A stretch of 64,000 nucleotides of DNA from Thermoanaerobaculia bacterium (GTDB taxonomy: Bacteria; Acidobacteriota; Thermoanaerobaculia; Multivoradales; Multivoraceae): NCBI GenBank assembly GCA_963664405.1, contig OY761158.1:1504001-1568000 (forward strand), read 5' to 3'. The notes under the pieces are model-generated. The model was not told where the DNA came from, ran no database searches, and worked only from the letters and a program-made list of their open reading frames with translations. Within the stretch, counting starts at the first letter, position 1; each line of letters begins with the position of its first letter. This document shows, piece after piece, positions 10,156 to 20,227 of this stretch. A program made the translations under genes and the position numbers.

Positions 10156-11735
10156 CTACCGTGATGCCTCTTCAATCTCAACGCGGCGATCGAAGACCGG
10201 GGTCGCCTGCACGAAGGACGCCTGCAGATCTCGCGCGGCCGCGATCACTTTGGCCAGGACCTCGGGCCTCTCCGCGGCCAGATCGAAGTTTTCGGAAGGA
10301 TCCTCGACCAGGTCGTAGAGCAGAGGGGGGTCGTGCTCCTCGCGTTGTGGCGGTAGGCCGAAGGCGCCGAAGGTCACGAAGTGGACCTTGTGACGGCCCA
10401 GGCGGAAAGCCATCAACTCTCCGGGCGGTAGTAGGGCAGACTCTGTCGCGGGCCCGGGCGGTCACCGCGAAGCACCGAGGTGAGATCAAATCCGTCGATC
10501 GGACGGTCGTCGGGCAGCTTTGCCCCAGCCGCAGCTAGCGCCGTGGCAAAGAAGTCCATCGTAGTCCCGATCTCGCTCACCACGCCCGGGCTCACTCCGG
10601 CTCCCCAGAAGATGGCCGGCACTCTCATCCCGCCCTCGAAGGTCGTACCCTTGCCGTCTCTGAGGAGCCCTGCGGAGCCACCGTGCTGCCTCATGGTCCT
10701 CCACGGGCCATTGTCGCTGGTGAAGAAGAAGAGCGTGTTGTCGGCGACGCCGCTCTCTTCGAGGGCGCGGCGCACCTCGCCGGCACTCCAATCGATCTCC
10801 TCGATGACATCGCCGTAGCGGCCGGCAAGACTCCGCCCCTCGAACTCCGGACTGCGAAAGATCGGAGTGTGGGGCATCGAGAAGGGCATGTAGAGCAGGA
10901 AGGGTCGTTCTCCACCTTCATGGGCACGAATGAAGTTCACCGCGGCTTCGGTAGCCTTGCGAGTCAGAAAACGCTGGTCCACCGGAAGCTCCACCGTCTC
11001 GTCCTCGAAGCCCTCGGCACTTCGCCGGCTGCGGATCAGCGGTACGTTCCAGGAGCCCAGATCCGGCGTCAGGTAGAACTTTCGACGACCGCCATAGAGC
11101 TCAGCCACCTCACGATCGCGGCCGCCGGCACGCATCTCGACCACCTGGTCATAGGAGACGCCATCACCCCAATTCATGTCGTTGGAGTAAGGAAGCCCCA
11201 GCCATTCGTCGAAGCCATGGCGAGTCGGATAGGCCTCCGGGCGGTCGCCCAGATGCCATTTTCCGTAGATGGCCGTGTCGTAACCGACCTCGCCCACCAG
11301 CTGGGCGAGAGTGATCTCGCGGTCGGGAATGCCGCCGGGGTCGTTGGGAAAGAAGACGGGGATGCGTCGGCCGTAGAGGCCGGTTCGCACCGGAAGTCGC
11401 CCGGTCAGAAGTGCACCCCGGCTCGGCGAACAGACCGGCGCAAGCACATAAAAGTCGGTCCAGCGCTGGCCCTCGCGCGCCAGGCGGTCGAGCTCCGGAG
11501 TGCGGATCGAAGGATGCCCATAGGAGCCGAGGTCGCCATAGCCGAGATCGTCGGCGAAGAGAATGACGATGTTGGGCCGCCGCTCGTCGCCGGGGTCGGC
11601 GGCGGTGGAGGTGGAGGTGGAGGTGGAGGTGGAGGTGGAGGTGGCGGTGGAGGTGGAGGTGGCGGTGGATAGTCCGGCGACGCTCAGGCACGCAAGCGTC
11701 AAAGCGCCGAAAAGAGAAAGGGGTCGGGCCGCCAT
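10156..11735 (-). pseudogene. Arylsulfatase (FGly type), split by a 1-nt frameshift near 10424 (possible sequencing error)
   Basis: ADDLGYGD, CSPSR, GKWHLG, SDNG in ORF 10413..11735. The C-terminus (ELMAFR..LLYDLVEDPSE) is in the next frame, 10156..10416. Confidence 0.85.
11604..11669. repeat. Tandem hexamer repeat (GGTGGA/GGTGGC) x11 encoding a Ser/Thr linker of the sulfatase
   Basis: Read directly; encodes STATSTSTATSTSTSTSTSTST after the signal peptide. Confidence 0.95.
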
Positions 11736-11821
11736 CGAACGGCGGTCAAACTATCACAGCGCCTCGAGCGAATCACCGAGGGTAGAATCGGCGTTCATGC
11801 CACTCGTGACCCCAGGGGTGA

Positions 11822-12267
11822 GCGGGCGCCGCCCTCGACGTCGGGATCCCAATCCTCTTCTTCGCCACCCCGGACAGCCCACTCCTGGGCCTGGAGGAGA
11901 GTCCGGCCGGCCATAACTACTGGCAGGGAGGCGATAAGCCGATCGCCATGATCGACAATGTGGGCCACACCTGGGCGTCCACCAAGCAACTGGCAGTCTG
12001 GCGTATGACCCTCGCTCACTGCTTCAGCGGTAGACCCTTCTCCGAGGTCATGCTGACCTCGGAGAAGGGTCTACCGCCCGCTGGACCGACGCCACATGGC
12101 AGAGCCGTGAGCTCGAAAAATCGAAGGGCTCCTACCAGGCCACTCTGACCCGGCGTCCTGCCCACAGGCTCGCCTACTATGTAGAAGTGGAGGATTTCGA
12201 CGACGTGGGAGGGGTCGGGTACGTGACGACCCCGGTGGAGATCGTCGATCACTATGTCGTTCCTTGA
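11822..12267 (+). pseudogene. Probable gene remnant resembling the C-terminal part of a PqaA-like alpha/beta hydrolase
   Basis: A start-less frame reads GDKPIAMIDNVGH..GRPF. After the hairpin another frame reads RWTDATWQSREL..LAYYVEVED..YVTTPVEIV*. Confidence 0.4.
12027..12077. repeat. Perfect 24-bp inverted repeat with a 3-nt loop
   Basis: GCGGTAGACCCTTCTCCGAGGTCA-TGC-TGACCTCGGAGAAGGGTCTACCGC. Confidence 0.95.
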
Positions 12268-12280
12268 ATCAACACCTTCT

Positions 12281-13861
12281 TTAGCCTGAGAGGCTGACCA
12301 GCTCAGCGGCGGCGGAGGCCGGCGCGGCGACCCGCTGCGGGCCGAGGATCTCCGGCTCCCAGAAGCCGCCGGCGTCGTACAGGCAGCGCACTTGCGCATA
12401 GCTGAAGAGGGCCATCATGACCATCGGCCCGGCTTCTGGCTTTTCAGCCAATGCCCGGCAGATCATCTTGTACATCTGTCGCTCTTCGGGGCCGCTCGAG
12501 ATCAGCTTGCGGACCACGCCGATGGCCTCGATATCCACCTGGCGCGGTCGGTGGGGCTTGTAGCCGGCCTGAAAAGGACCGAGCTGCGGCCCGAGCCGCT
12601 CGATCATGGCGATCGTTCGGCTAGCGAAGCTCGCCGGGCTGTAGAGCCTGTTACCAAGGCGCTTCAGCCCCGAGAGCAGCTCTTCACGGCTCATCAACAT
12701 GGGCTGGATATTGGTATTCCAGACGCCCTGGGATTCAGAACCGTCGGTGACCAACCGGCCACTCTCTTTCATGCGGTCGTAGAGCGGCGTCGCGGCTGGG
12801 GCGACAAGAGCTCCAAGGGTGAAGATAGGGATCGGTGTCGACATGGCGAATTCGTATTGGAGGTCAAAGATGCCAGGGCCGTCGTGATCGAAGCCGACGA
12901 TCATGCCGCCGATCACCGAAATCCCGTGATCGAGAAAGACCTGCACCTCTCGGGCCAGGTCGACTCCCACATTCTGCCGTTTCTTGGTCTCGCGCAGACT
13001 TTCCTCGTTGGGAGTCTCGATGCCGACGAAAACCCTGGTGAGGCCCGCCTCGCCACACAAGCGCATGATCTCCGGGTCGCGAGCCGCGTCGATCGACACC
13101 TGGGTGTGGAAAGCGACGGGGGCGTCGCTTCGGCGCATGTTCCAGTCGCGAAGGGCGGCGAGGACTGCCTTGGCCCGCTTCCGATAGACAGTGAAGTTGT
13201 CGTCCGCCAGAAAGATCGACCGGTAACCGAGGCCGTAGAGCACGTCGAGCTCGGCGAGGATCTGCTCGACGGACTTATGGCGTTGCTTGCGCCCCAGATA
13301 CTGGATCACGTCGCAGAACTCGCACTCGAAGGGGCAGCCTCGTGAAGTCTGGACACAGCCGGAGAGGGCGCGATCGTTCGGGTAGAGCTCGAAACGTGGC
13401 AATGGCGAACCCTCAAGATCCGGCTTATCGCCTACGTACTCGCTCTGCCAGCTACCGCCCTCGAGATCCTCGAAGAGCTTCTCGGCGATCACCTCCATTT
13501 CGCCGATCACCAGAATGTCGCAATGGTCGCGCACAGCCCCCGGCGACAGCGAAGCATGGGGGCCGCCGATTATCACTGTCTTCCCACGCTTGCGGAAGGC
13601 GTCGGCGACCTCAATCATGCGCTCGACCTGGATCACTTTGCCGGTGAGCCCGATGAAGTCGGCGTCGACGTCGAAGTCGATTGGCTCGACGTACTCCTCG
13701 CAGATCGTGACCGTCCAGTGCGCAGGCGCCATGGCGGCCACCGTCGTAGTTGCAAGGTCGGCGATAGCGTGAGCCGCGGGATAGCCGTGATGGCCGAACG
13801 CCTCGGCACCAAAATAGCTCGGCAGCTCAGGGCGCGGATTGATCAGGTAAAGCTTCGGCAC
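12281..13861 (-). CDS. B12-binding radical SAM protein (class B methylase-like)
   Basis: IIGGPHAS cobalamin domain, SRGCPFECEFC, DDNF, VGIET, IVGFDHD; likely GTG start at 13861. Confidence 0.9.
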   Translation of the reverse strand: MPKLYLINPRPELPSYFGAEAFGHHGYPAAHAIADLATTTVAAMAPAHWTVTICEEYVEPIDFDVDADFIGLTGKVIQVERMIEVADAFRKRGKTVIIGGPHASLSPGAVRDHCDILVIGEMEVIAEKLFEDLEGGSWQSEYVGDKPDLEGSPLPRFELYPNDRALSGCVQTSRGCPFECEFCDVIQYLGRKQRHKSVEQILAELDVLYGLGYRSIFLADDNFTVYRKRAKAVLAALRDWNMRRSDAPVAFHTQVSIDAARDPEIMRLCGEAGLTRVFVGIETPNEESLRETKKRQNVGVDLAREVQVFLDHGISVIGGMIVGFDHDGPGIFDLQYEFAMSTPIPIFTLGALVAPAATPLYDRMKESGRLVTDGSESQGVWNTNIQPMLMSREELLSGLKRLGNRLYSPASFASRTIAMIERLGPQLGPFQAGYKPHRPRQVDIEAIGVVRKLISSGPEERQMYKMICRALAEKPEAGPMVMMALFSYAQVRCLYDAGGFWEPEILGPQRVAAPASAAAELVSLSG

Positions 13862-14007
13862 AGAACACTCACGCTTGGGAAACCTCTGAGGTTCCCAGAA
13901 TCTCACCCATACCCCCCACGGGCGATTTTCGAGACCTTCGGCGCATTCTATACCCACGCCCCTTCGGTATGCTCGGTCTGAACTCGGAGGATCCCTAGGA
14001 GGACACA

Positions 14008-15030
14008 ATGACATTACGCATCGGCATCGTTGGGGCTGGGGCCAACACCAAGCTCCGACACATTCCTGGCTTCCAAGAGATCGACGACGTCGAGGTGCTC
14101 GCGGTCTGCAACCGCTCGCGCGAGTCAAGCGAGAGGGCAGCGGCTGAGCTCGATATCGATAGAGTCTTCGACTCGTGGGAGCAGCTGGTCGAATGTGATG
14201 AGGTCGATGCAGTCTGTGTCGGCACCTGGCCGTATATGCACTGCCCTATCACTCTCGCCTGCCTCGACGCCGGCAAACACATTCTCACCGAGGCCCGCAT
14301 GGCGATGGATCTCGAAGAAGCGGGTCGTATGCTCGCGGCGTCCCGCGACAGCGACCGCGTCGCAATGATCGTACCCGCACCCTTCTACCTGCGGGAGGAG
14401 CGGATGCTCCTCGAAATGATCGAGGCTGGCGACTTCGGCGACCTCGTCGAGGCCCAGATAAGCGCGATGACCGGTGGCTGGAAGCCCGACGCGCCGATTA
14501 GCTGGCGCCAACGACGCGACCTCTCTGGGAACAACATCATGAGCATGGGCATTTACAACGAGACAGTCCGCCGCTATCTCGGACATGAGCAATCCGTCGT
14601 GGCGCACGGAAAGATCTTCATCGGCGAGCGCACCGACACCGAGACAGGAGCCACCACCGGGGTCGACGTACCCGACAGCCTGGGCATCGTCGCCGAACAT
14701 CTGAACGGCGCCGTCGTCGTCTACCACTTCTCGAGCGTCGCTCACCTCGGGCGCAACTCGACGCTCGAGTGCTATGGAACGAAAGGGAGCTTCAAGCTCG
14801 AGGGCGGTAAGGCCTGGATTGCACTCGCAGCAGACACCGCCTTCCGCGAGCTCGAAGTTCCAAAGGAGAAGCAAGGCGGTTGGCGCGTGGAGCAGGATTT
14901 CGTTGAGGCCATTCGCGAGGGCAAACCCGTTACCCACACCAGCTTCGAAAGTGGAGTGAAGTACATGGAATTCACTGAAGCGGTACAGCTGAGTCTCCGC
15001 CAAGGCAGACGCATCGATCTGCCTCTTTGA
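14008..15030 (+). CDS. Gfo/Idh/MocA family oxidoreductase
   Basis: IGIVGAG Rossmann motif, AGKHILTEARMA; AGGAGG RBS. Confidence 0.9.
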   Translation: MTLRIGIVGAGANTKLRHIPGFQEIDDVEVLAVCNRSRESSERAAAELDIDRVFDSWEQLVECDEVDAVCVGTWPYMHCPITLACLDAGKHILTEARMAMDLEEAGRMLAASRDSDRVAMIVPAPFYLREERMLLEMIEAGDFGDLVEAQISAMTGGWKPDAPISWRQRRDLSGNNIMSMGIYNETVRRYLGHEQSVVAHGKIFIGERTDTETGATTGVDVPDSLGIVAEHLNGAVVVYHFSSVAHLGRNSTLECYGTKGSFKLEGGKAWIALAADTAFRELEVPKEKQGGWRVEQDFVEAIREGKPVTHTSFESGVKYMEFTEAVQLSLRQGRRIDLPL

Positions 15031-15046
15031 GACATCGCGGCGTCTT

Positions 15047-15961
15047 TCAGGCCTGAGGGCGGAAAGGGTTGCGCCGGAGTTTGCGGCGACTCCATATCGC
15101 GCGATACGGGGTGGGCTCTCCAGGCGGAGCGGTAAAGAAGCGCTTGTAGCTCCACTGATACTGCTCGGGACAGAGGCGAACACAGGCCTCTACCCCAGCG
15201 TTGAGCCTGGCCGCGGCACGTTCAGGATCAGCATCCTCGAGACCGCTTGGCGCCTCTACGAAGTGGGTGCAGAAACCGCCAGGAAGGCGCTCTGCGAATA
15301 CGAAGAGGGCCTCAGCGCCAGTCTTGCGCAGGAGTCCGGAGACCAGGGTCATGGTGAAGGCCGGCTGGCCGAAAAATGCGGCATGTACGCCGTGACCGGG
15401 AAACGGCTCCTGGTCTGGAAGGACCATCACCATGTGATTGCTGCGAATGGATCTCAGCAGTGGTCTCATTCCCGCGGGAGTGGCCTCGACCAACAAGCTG
15501 CCACTGCGCTCGCGACCCGCGCGCACTAGCTCATGCAGCTCGGCGATCCGAGGCGGGCGATAGAGAGCCACCAACTGGCCGCGGGCCATCAGGAACGGTC
15601 CCAGGATCTCCCAATTTCCGATATGTGGCGCCAGCAGGATCGTCCCTCGTCCTCGCGCGAGCGCTCGCGCCAAGAGGTCCAGCCCCTCGACCCTCAGCTC
15701 CAGCTTCCGGTGCCCCTCCTGCGACCCACTCCACACCCTTGGTATTTCGAGAGCCAGCCGTGCCGTGTGCTGGAGGCTTCGCTTCAATAGACGCCGCCGC
15801 TCTGAAGATGACAGCTCAGGGAAGCACAGCTTCAGATTGAGCTCTGTCACTTTCGAAGCCGGCAACGGCAACATGGAGAGGATCGCTCCTACGACACCTC
15901 CGAAATACCGGATCCAAGAAAAGGGGATCCGGCCCGCGAGGCGAACGAAAGAGCCAACCAC
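15047..15961 (-). CDS. Lipid A lauroyl/lysophospholipid acyltransferase family (HtrB/LpxL-like)
   Basis: PHIGNWE, LPDQEP, FFGQPA, PEQYQWSYKRF. Confidence 0.88.
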   Translation of the reverse strand: MVGSFVRLAGRIPFSWIRYFGGVVGAILSMLPLPASKVTELNLKLCFPELSSSERRRLLKRSLQHTARLALEIPRVWSGSQEGHRKLELRVEGLDLLARALARGRGTILLAPHIGNWEILGPFLMARGQLVALYRPPRIAELHELVRAGRERSGSLLVEATPAGMRPLLRSIRSNHMVMVLPDQEPFPGHGVHAAFFGQPAFTMTLVSGLLRKTGAEALFVFAERLPGGFCTHFVEAPSGLEDADPERAAARLNAGVEACVRLCPEQYQWSYKRFFTAPPGEPTPYRAIWSRRKLRRNPFRPQA

Positions 15962-16041
15962 GAAGGCCAGCCCCGGAGAGGAGCGGACAGCCTTACGCGC
16001 CTCTCGACCGGGTGGCTCGACTCGTAGTGCTGACGTAACGG

Positions 16042-17069
16042 CTAGGGCCTCACTCGAACGTACTTCTGCAATCTCTCTGGACGCGGCTCGCCCCCATAGA
16101 CGTTGCCTTCGCGGTCCACCGCCACGAACTCGGCGCCGTGGCCTCGGGTCTCACGCGGATCCCCCCAGGGGAAAAGAATGAGCTCCGTCACCCAGCCACT
16201 GTAAGCATCGCCGATGCGGATGCCCATCTCATAGCCTGGGTTCTGGACATCGTCAGATTCCGAGTCGGCGACAAAGATCCGATCATGGTCGTCGAAGAAG
16301 ATCCCGCTCGGCCGCCCGAACTGCGTCCAGCTGGCGAGGTGGGTCCCATCCTGGTCGAAGATCTGGACCCGGTTGTTGCCGCGGTCTGCCACGAAGACCC
16401 GGCCTCGAGCATCGAGGGCGATCGCGTGCAGGGTGTGGAACTCGCCAGGTGCATAACCCGTCCGTCCCCAGGCCTTGACGAACTTGCCATCACTCGAGAA
16501 CCGCACCACCCGGTTGTTTGTGTCGGCGCCATGACCGTCTGCGACGAAGATATCCCCGCTCTCCGAGATAACGACATCGCTCGGAGCGTTGAAGTGTCGT
16601 GGCCCCTCGCCGGCAACCCCGGCGTTCCCAAAGTCATCAACACCTCTCCGGTGGGGCTGAACTTGACCACCTGATGCCCACGCTTCCCCGGCGGAGTCCT
16701 CTCGGCAGGGAAGGCGTCTGTCACCCACACGTTGCCCAGCGCATCGACATCGATCCCGTGCGGCCAGATGAACATCCCGCCGCCGAAACTGAGGACCGCA
16801 TTGCCCTCCGGATCGAACTTGAAGACAGAGTCGAGATCCGAGTCCAGACACTCGCTACCGAACTCCGCGGCCGCATCGCATCTCAGTACCGCCCAGATGT
16901 GGCGCCCGTCGCGATCGACCGTCACATCCCCATATCTTCCGCTCGGCCTCCCCTCCGGGAGCTTCGCCCAGCCCTCGACGATGCGATAGGGGTTCGGCAC
17001 ACTCTGGGCGCGAGCCTCACCGACGGCATTGGCAGAGACAATCGCGGCCAGTGCGATCAAAAACCTCAT
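16042..17069 (-). pseudogene. NHL-repeat beta-propeller (PAL-like) protein, frameshifted in a G-run near 16618 (possible sequencing error)
   Basis: N-terminal half in ORF 16188..17165 (WPHGIDVD, VVKFSPTG), C-terminal half in 16042..16851 (FVADG, VADRGNNRVQIFD). Adding one G restores TLGTPGVAGEG. Confidence 0.82.
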
Positions 17070-17237
17070 CCGACCAACAACCGATAGAGACATCATGGAG
17101 CACCTCCCACAGTAGCCCGACAGGAGCAGACCCGGCGAGCTCGCCGTCCACTTGCTGAACAGCAATTAGCAACCGCTAGCGTGACCGCGAGCAGAGTCTT
17201 CGATTCTCTCATCAGGTCGCCCTTACTCTCCCCTAGG

Positions 17238-19166
17238 CTACCTCGGGCTGTACCAGATCGGCGACGTGTAGACCCTCTCCTGTGAGACCATTCGAACTTC
17301 TTCCGGGATGTTCTCGATGCCGTAAAACTTGGCGTCAAAGGCGGTCCATCGTGGGGTCGGAATCTGAAGGACACGAAGGTAGTAGAAAGCAAGCTCGTCG
17401 GCGTCGAAGTCTGGATCGCGCCAAGTGACGGCAAGCTCGGCGTCGCCGATGGTGTTGGTGTACGAAGCGGCGGCAACGTCGACGGTCGAGCCGACCGGCT
17501 CGACCTCGCCGCTGGCGCCAACCTTCCGCCCGTCGGCGAGCGCGACATCGTAGACCTTCTCGTGAAGCTCACCCGTCTCGTCTCGCCAGCCCTTGACCAC
17601 CTGTGCCCGGTCCAGGTTCGCACCGTCAGGGTCTTTCAGCGCTCGGATCAGGAAAGTGGGAGCTCCGCCCGCGGGCCCAAGGCTGAGATCACCGCCCATC
17701 GGGACACCTTTGGCGTACCCGATGTCGGCGAAGTCCGAGCGACGCGCTTCGTCTTTCTTGTAGTCCCAACCGCCAAAGAAACGCACCGTGATCCTAGGGC
17801 CCGAGCTCGCGTAGACCTCCTTTCGCTTCATCGCCGCGAAGATCGAGTCCCGGGTGTTTTCCTGCGCCCACACGGCGGCGTACCCAGCGGCTCCGGTCTC
17901 CCAATTCAGCGGGGTCGCCCAAACGCCCACCATCGGCTCGAGCATGCGAGTCGCGGAGGGCCAAGTCGAAGAGTACTTTCCCCAGAAGTTGTCGTTGTCC
18001 GCTGTCGCAAAGGAGGTATGGGCATCGGTCGAGCCGATCATTCCGAACTTGAACGGGTTGACGCCGAGCTCGGCCTGCAGCCGCAGCCCTCGTTTGAGAG
18101 CAGCGCGCGCATACTCTGCCTTCTTGATCTCGGCCTGCTCGGCCGCGTTCCAGTTTCCGCAGCAGGAATGCTCGACCGGATTCTCCAATCGGCCGGCCCA
18201 ACTGCTCCAAGTTTCGAAGTCGGCAAACTCGTCGGTCGGTGAAAGCACCGGGTGGGTCTCCGAATCACCCTTGATCTGGGTAACCTCGTAGAGAGGCTCC
18301 CAGCGGCCGCGTGTTTCGGCATAGGCAGAGCTCAGAGGACCGCCATCGAAAGTACCGAGTGCAAACATCTCGCCATTCGAAACGTTGGCGTTGTGGGGAA
18401 TCGCGAGCACCTCGCCCCCGGTCGCCTCCGAGTAGCGGGCGAGAAACCGCCACAGATCTTCGGGATTGCGACTGTCGTAGGCGCTGAAGGGAATGATGGT
18501 TCCGGTCTTCGACGCATCGTCTTTGAAGACAACTACGCGGTGCAGGTTGCCGAAGGTCTGAGCCGGCGTCCCCCTGGAGGTCCATTCGTAGCCGGCTAAG
18601 GCGGTAAAGGTTCCGGGATCGTTGTAGACATCAGCGAGCTCGACGACTCGGTGCCAGACCGTTCGCCGGTAACCCTCGTCTAACGGCTCGCCGCCTTCTC
18701 CCCACATCGCGCTCGACTCGCCGCTGAACGCGCGGCGGTTGGCGTAGGTGGGCTCCTTGGCGCTGAACTTCCGGAACGCCTCGTCGAGCCTCCTCCCCAT
18801 GCTCGTTTCGAGCAGGGCCGGATCCGCCGACTGAAGGCTCACGCTCACTCCCAAACCTTCGGCGTGGTCGGCAATGACCAGGAAGTCCAGCGGCCTTCGC
18901 AGCCGCACCGGCATCCCGTTTCTTGCTGCCACCGTCTCTCCCCTCGCGAAGCGGTAGGCGAGCTCGGGCTTGCCTGTATTCAGCCCACTCAGATTCGCAT
19001 CACTCGACGACAAGCTGGTGTGGACATGAGTGTCTCCCCAGTACACGCGAGTGGGTGTCGAGCGATCGACAGGGCTCGAATAGGAGCCACCTGTCTGCGC
19101 CGACACCACCGCCGGCGGAAACAACAAGAGCGCGACCGCTGCGCTCAGCCTTGTTGCGAGCCTCAT
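17238..19166 (-). CDS. DUF3604 domain protein (PHP-like metal-binding, secreted)
   Basis: YWGDTHVHT, DFLVIADHAE, GYEWT, NLHRVV, IPHN, GSTDAH, QERVYTSPIWY. Confidence 0.9.
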   Translation of the reverse strand: MRLATRLSAAVALLLFPPAVVSAQTGGSYSSPVDRSTPTRVYWGDTHVHTSLSSSDANLSGLNTGKPELAYRFARGETVAARNGMPVRLRRPLDFLVIADHAEGLGVSVSLQSADPALLETSMGRRLDEAFRKFSAKEPTYANRRAFSGESSAMWGEGGEPLDEGYRRTVWHRVVELADVYNDPGTFTALAGYEWTSRGTPAQTFGNLHRVVVFKDDASKTGTIIPFSAYDSRNPEDLWRFLARYSEATGGEVLAIPHNANVSNGEMFALGTFDGGPLSSAYAETRGRWEPLYEVTQIKGDSETHPVLSPTDEFADFETWSSWAGRLENPVEHSCCGNWNAAEQAEIKKAEYARAALKRGLRLQAELGVNPFKFGMIGSTDAHTSFATADNDNFWGKYSSTWPSATRMLEPMVGVWATPLNWETGAAGYAAVWAQENTRDSIFAAMKRKEVYASSGPRITVRFFGGWDYKKDEARRSDFADIGYAKGVPMGGDLSLGPAGGAPTFLIRALKDPDGANLDRAQVVKGWRDETGELHEKVYDVALADGRKVGASGEVEPVGSTVDVAAASYTNTIGDAELAVTWRDPDFDADELAFYYLRVLQIPTPRWTAFDAKFYGIENIPEEVRMVSQERVYTSPIWYSPR

Positions 19167-19279
19167 TTACCTCCTTCGCCCTTTGAACAAGATTGAATCA
19201 TAAATCACGACTCCTGGCTCGGTCCAGCCAGTGCCCTCGCTCCGGGCCGGATTTGGCAGATCCTGCGTGGGCGCGGCCA

Positions 19280-19506
19280 CCTCGTCGCCGGGTCGGGCGC
19301 ACGGGTGGGCTCGGTCTGGGAGGGATTCTCCTCCTTTTCGGGCTGAGTTACGTGCTCGGAATCGATCCAACCACCTTCCTGCCGCTGTTGACGGGTGGAG
19401 AGTCCCCGAATCCTTCACTCACGGATCTTCGGAGGAGCGGGTACGTTGGTTCTCGCGAGGTTTCGACTCGGGAAGCATGCGGGCTTGCGACACTTTTTCG
19501 GAATGA
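19280..19506 (+). pseudogene. Internally deleted neutral zinc metallopeptidase (YpfJ-like) remnant
   Basis: The N-terminal GGLGLGGILLLFGLSYVLGIDP is joined out of frame to the C-terminal VPESFTHGSSEERVRWFSRGFDSG..CDTF; the HExxH core is absent. Confidence 0.75.
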
Positions 19507-19607
19507 GCCCCAACCGCCGCGTCTCTTCTTGGGTGACGCGTCATCTTCCTGCGATAAGTTAGCGGCTGAACCACCGGCTCAGCGAGTCGGCTACTGAGGA
19601 GGAAACC

Positions 19608-20048
19608 ATGGCGGAGCTGAGCTTGGATACGGCGTTGGAGATCGTGCGCCAGACATTGATCACCGGGCGCGCGACTGAATGTGCGCCGTTGACGGTGGCG
19701 GTACTGGACGCGGGAGGTCACCTCAAAGCTTTTTCGCGCGAGGACGGTTCGGGCATCCTGCGCCCGCAGATCTGCTTCGGCAAGGCTTGGGGAGCGCTAG
19801 GAGTCGGCGCAGGCAGCCGCGTGATGGCCCAGCGGGCAGCCAAAGGAGCCGGCGACCAGGCATTCGTCGAGTCCCTCGGCGCATTATCCGGCGGCCACTT
19901 CGTTCCAGCTCCCGGAGGAGTACTGGTTCGCGACAGTGGGGGCGCCGTCATCGGCGCCGTCGGAGTAACGGGCGACGTTTCCGAGAAGGACGAGGCGTGT
20001 GCCATCGCCGGCATCGAGGCTGTCGGCCTCGTTGCGGACCCAGGATAG
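19608..20048 (+). CDS. GlcG/HbpS family heme-binding protein
   Basis: VAVLDAGG, REDG, GKAWGA, GGVLV..IGAVGVTG..DE. Confidence 0.9.
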   Translation: MAELSLDTALEIVRQTLITGRATECAPLTVAVLDAGGHLKAFSREDGSGILRPQICFGKAWGALGVGAGSRVMAQRAAKGAGDQAFVESLGALSGGHFVPAPGGVLVRDSGGAVIGAVGVTGDVSEKDEACAIAGIEAVGLVADPG

Positions 20049-20227
20049 TCTGAGAGACGAGTGGATAGTCAGGCGGAGCGACCTTGGACGAGGCCGAGAT
20101 CGAGTGTGTGCGGGAGATCTCGAGCTCCCAAGTCCACGCCTGAGAAGGGTCGGCCGGAGGTCTCACCTTCAACGGTTGTAAGCTTCTCTCAGCAACTCCA
20201 GCAGAGACGAGAAAGGATGGTAACGAC

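Noticed and set aside
10683-11672. ORF ending in a poly-Gly tract; the repeat as a possible CRISPR array
   Set aside because: Antisense reading of the sulfatase Ser/Thr repeat; a 6-nt unit with no spacers and no cas genes.
12027-12077. Rho-independent terminator
   Set aside because: No U-tract on either strand, and ~200 nt from the nearest intact stop codon.
12281-13861. Specific call as hopanoid methylase or RiPP methylase
   Set aside because: Only the family is evident; no pathway context in the window.
17093-17212. Short Cys-containing ORF (MRESKTLLAVTLAVANCC...) as a RiPP precursor
   Set aside because: Looks like a stranded signal-peptide fragment; no modifying enzymes adjacent; cannot be supported.
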